This document shows positions 35,630 to 35,824 of a stretch of DNA of 35,824 nt, one piece after another. Under the pieces are notes generated by a model. The model had not been told where the DNA came from and ran no database searches. It worked only from the letters and a program-made list of their open reading frames with translations. Position numbers and translations under genes: made by a program. The stretch is from the NCBI GenBank assembly GCA_038227875.1, contig JBBRPR010000079.1, positions 1 to 35,824 on the forward strand. Reading direction: 5' to 3'. Positions within the stretch are counted from its first letter, which is position 1; the number at the start of each line of letters is the position of its first letter. The DNA comes from Planctomycetota bacterium. GTDB taxonomy: Bacteria > Planctomycetota > SZUA-567 > H5-PLA8.

Positions 35630-35824
35630 TCATTGCCCGCTGGCCACGGTGTTGACGATGACTGCATCGCTGTCAGCTTCCGCGGCCGTGGGCCGCTTGA
35701 CGCCACTGAGCACATACACCACGCCGCCGATCAGGCTGGACATGATGATCACACCGAAGTAGGCCAGCGACAGCGCCATCGCTTCGTCTTTGATGTTGTC
35801 GCCCAGCTGGCCCTTGAGCACCGC
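35630..35824 (-). CDS. C-terminal fragment of a membrane protein, possibly a lysylphosphatidylglycerol-synthase-TM (flippase-like) family member
   Basis: Reading frame open to the window edge; EAMALSLAYFGVIIMSSLIGGVVYV terminal TM helix; operon context. Confidence 0.45.
   Translation of the reverse strand, partial: AVLKGQLGDNIKDEAMALSLAYFGVIIMSSLIGGVVYVLSGVKRPTAAEADSDAVIVNTVASGQ

Overview
GC-rich bacterial chromosomal window; gene content (DUF58/BatA/VWA cluster, large PKD/Ig surface proteins) suggests a Planctomycetota or related PVC organism, which is an inference. From left to right: a stand-alone HUH (RAYT/IS200-type) transposase bracketed by REP-like GAA-loop hairpins; hisI followed by a small secreted protein and two tandem paralogous monoheme c-type cytochromes with a Ca-binding-like DSDGDG motif; a Gfo/Idh/MocA oxidoreductase; a Gly/Tyr-rich secreted protein; a DUF58-BatA/VWA-VWA/GATase-like cluster with no adjacent MoxR. 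An AT-richer accessory block (about 11.0-21.0 kb) follows, with a PKD/Ig protein ending in an uncharacterised domain, a tightly coupled secreted partner (candidate toxin-immunity pair) and a ~1860-aa mosaic adhesin behind a good sigma-54 promoter match. Then come a carbohydrate-type cassette (AraC, TIM-barrel isomerase, beta-propeller, GntR/LacI hybrid, serine hydrolase), a cyanobacterial/plant-type ispH, a heptamer-repeat inverted-repeat element, an orphan GspF/PilC, mutY and an arn-like amino-sugar transfer operon that runs off the right end. No rRNA, tRNA or CRISPR array was seen. Family calls come from motif recognition only; no searches were run.
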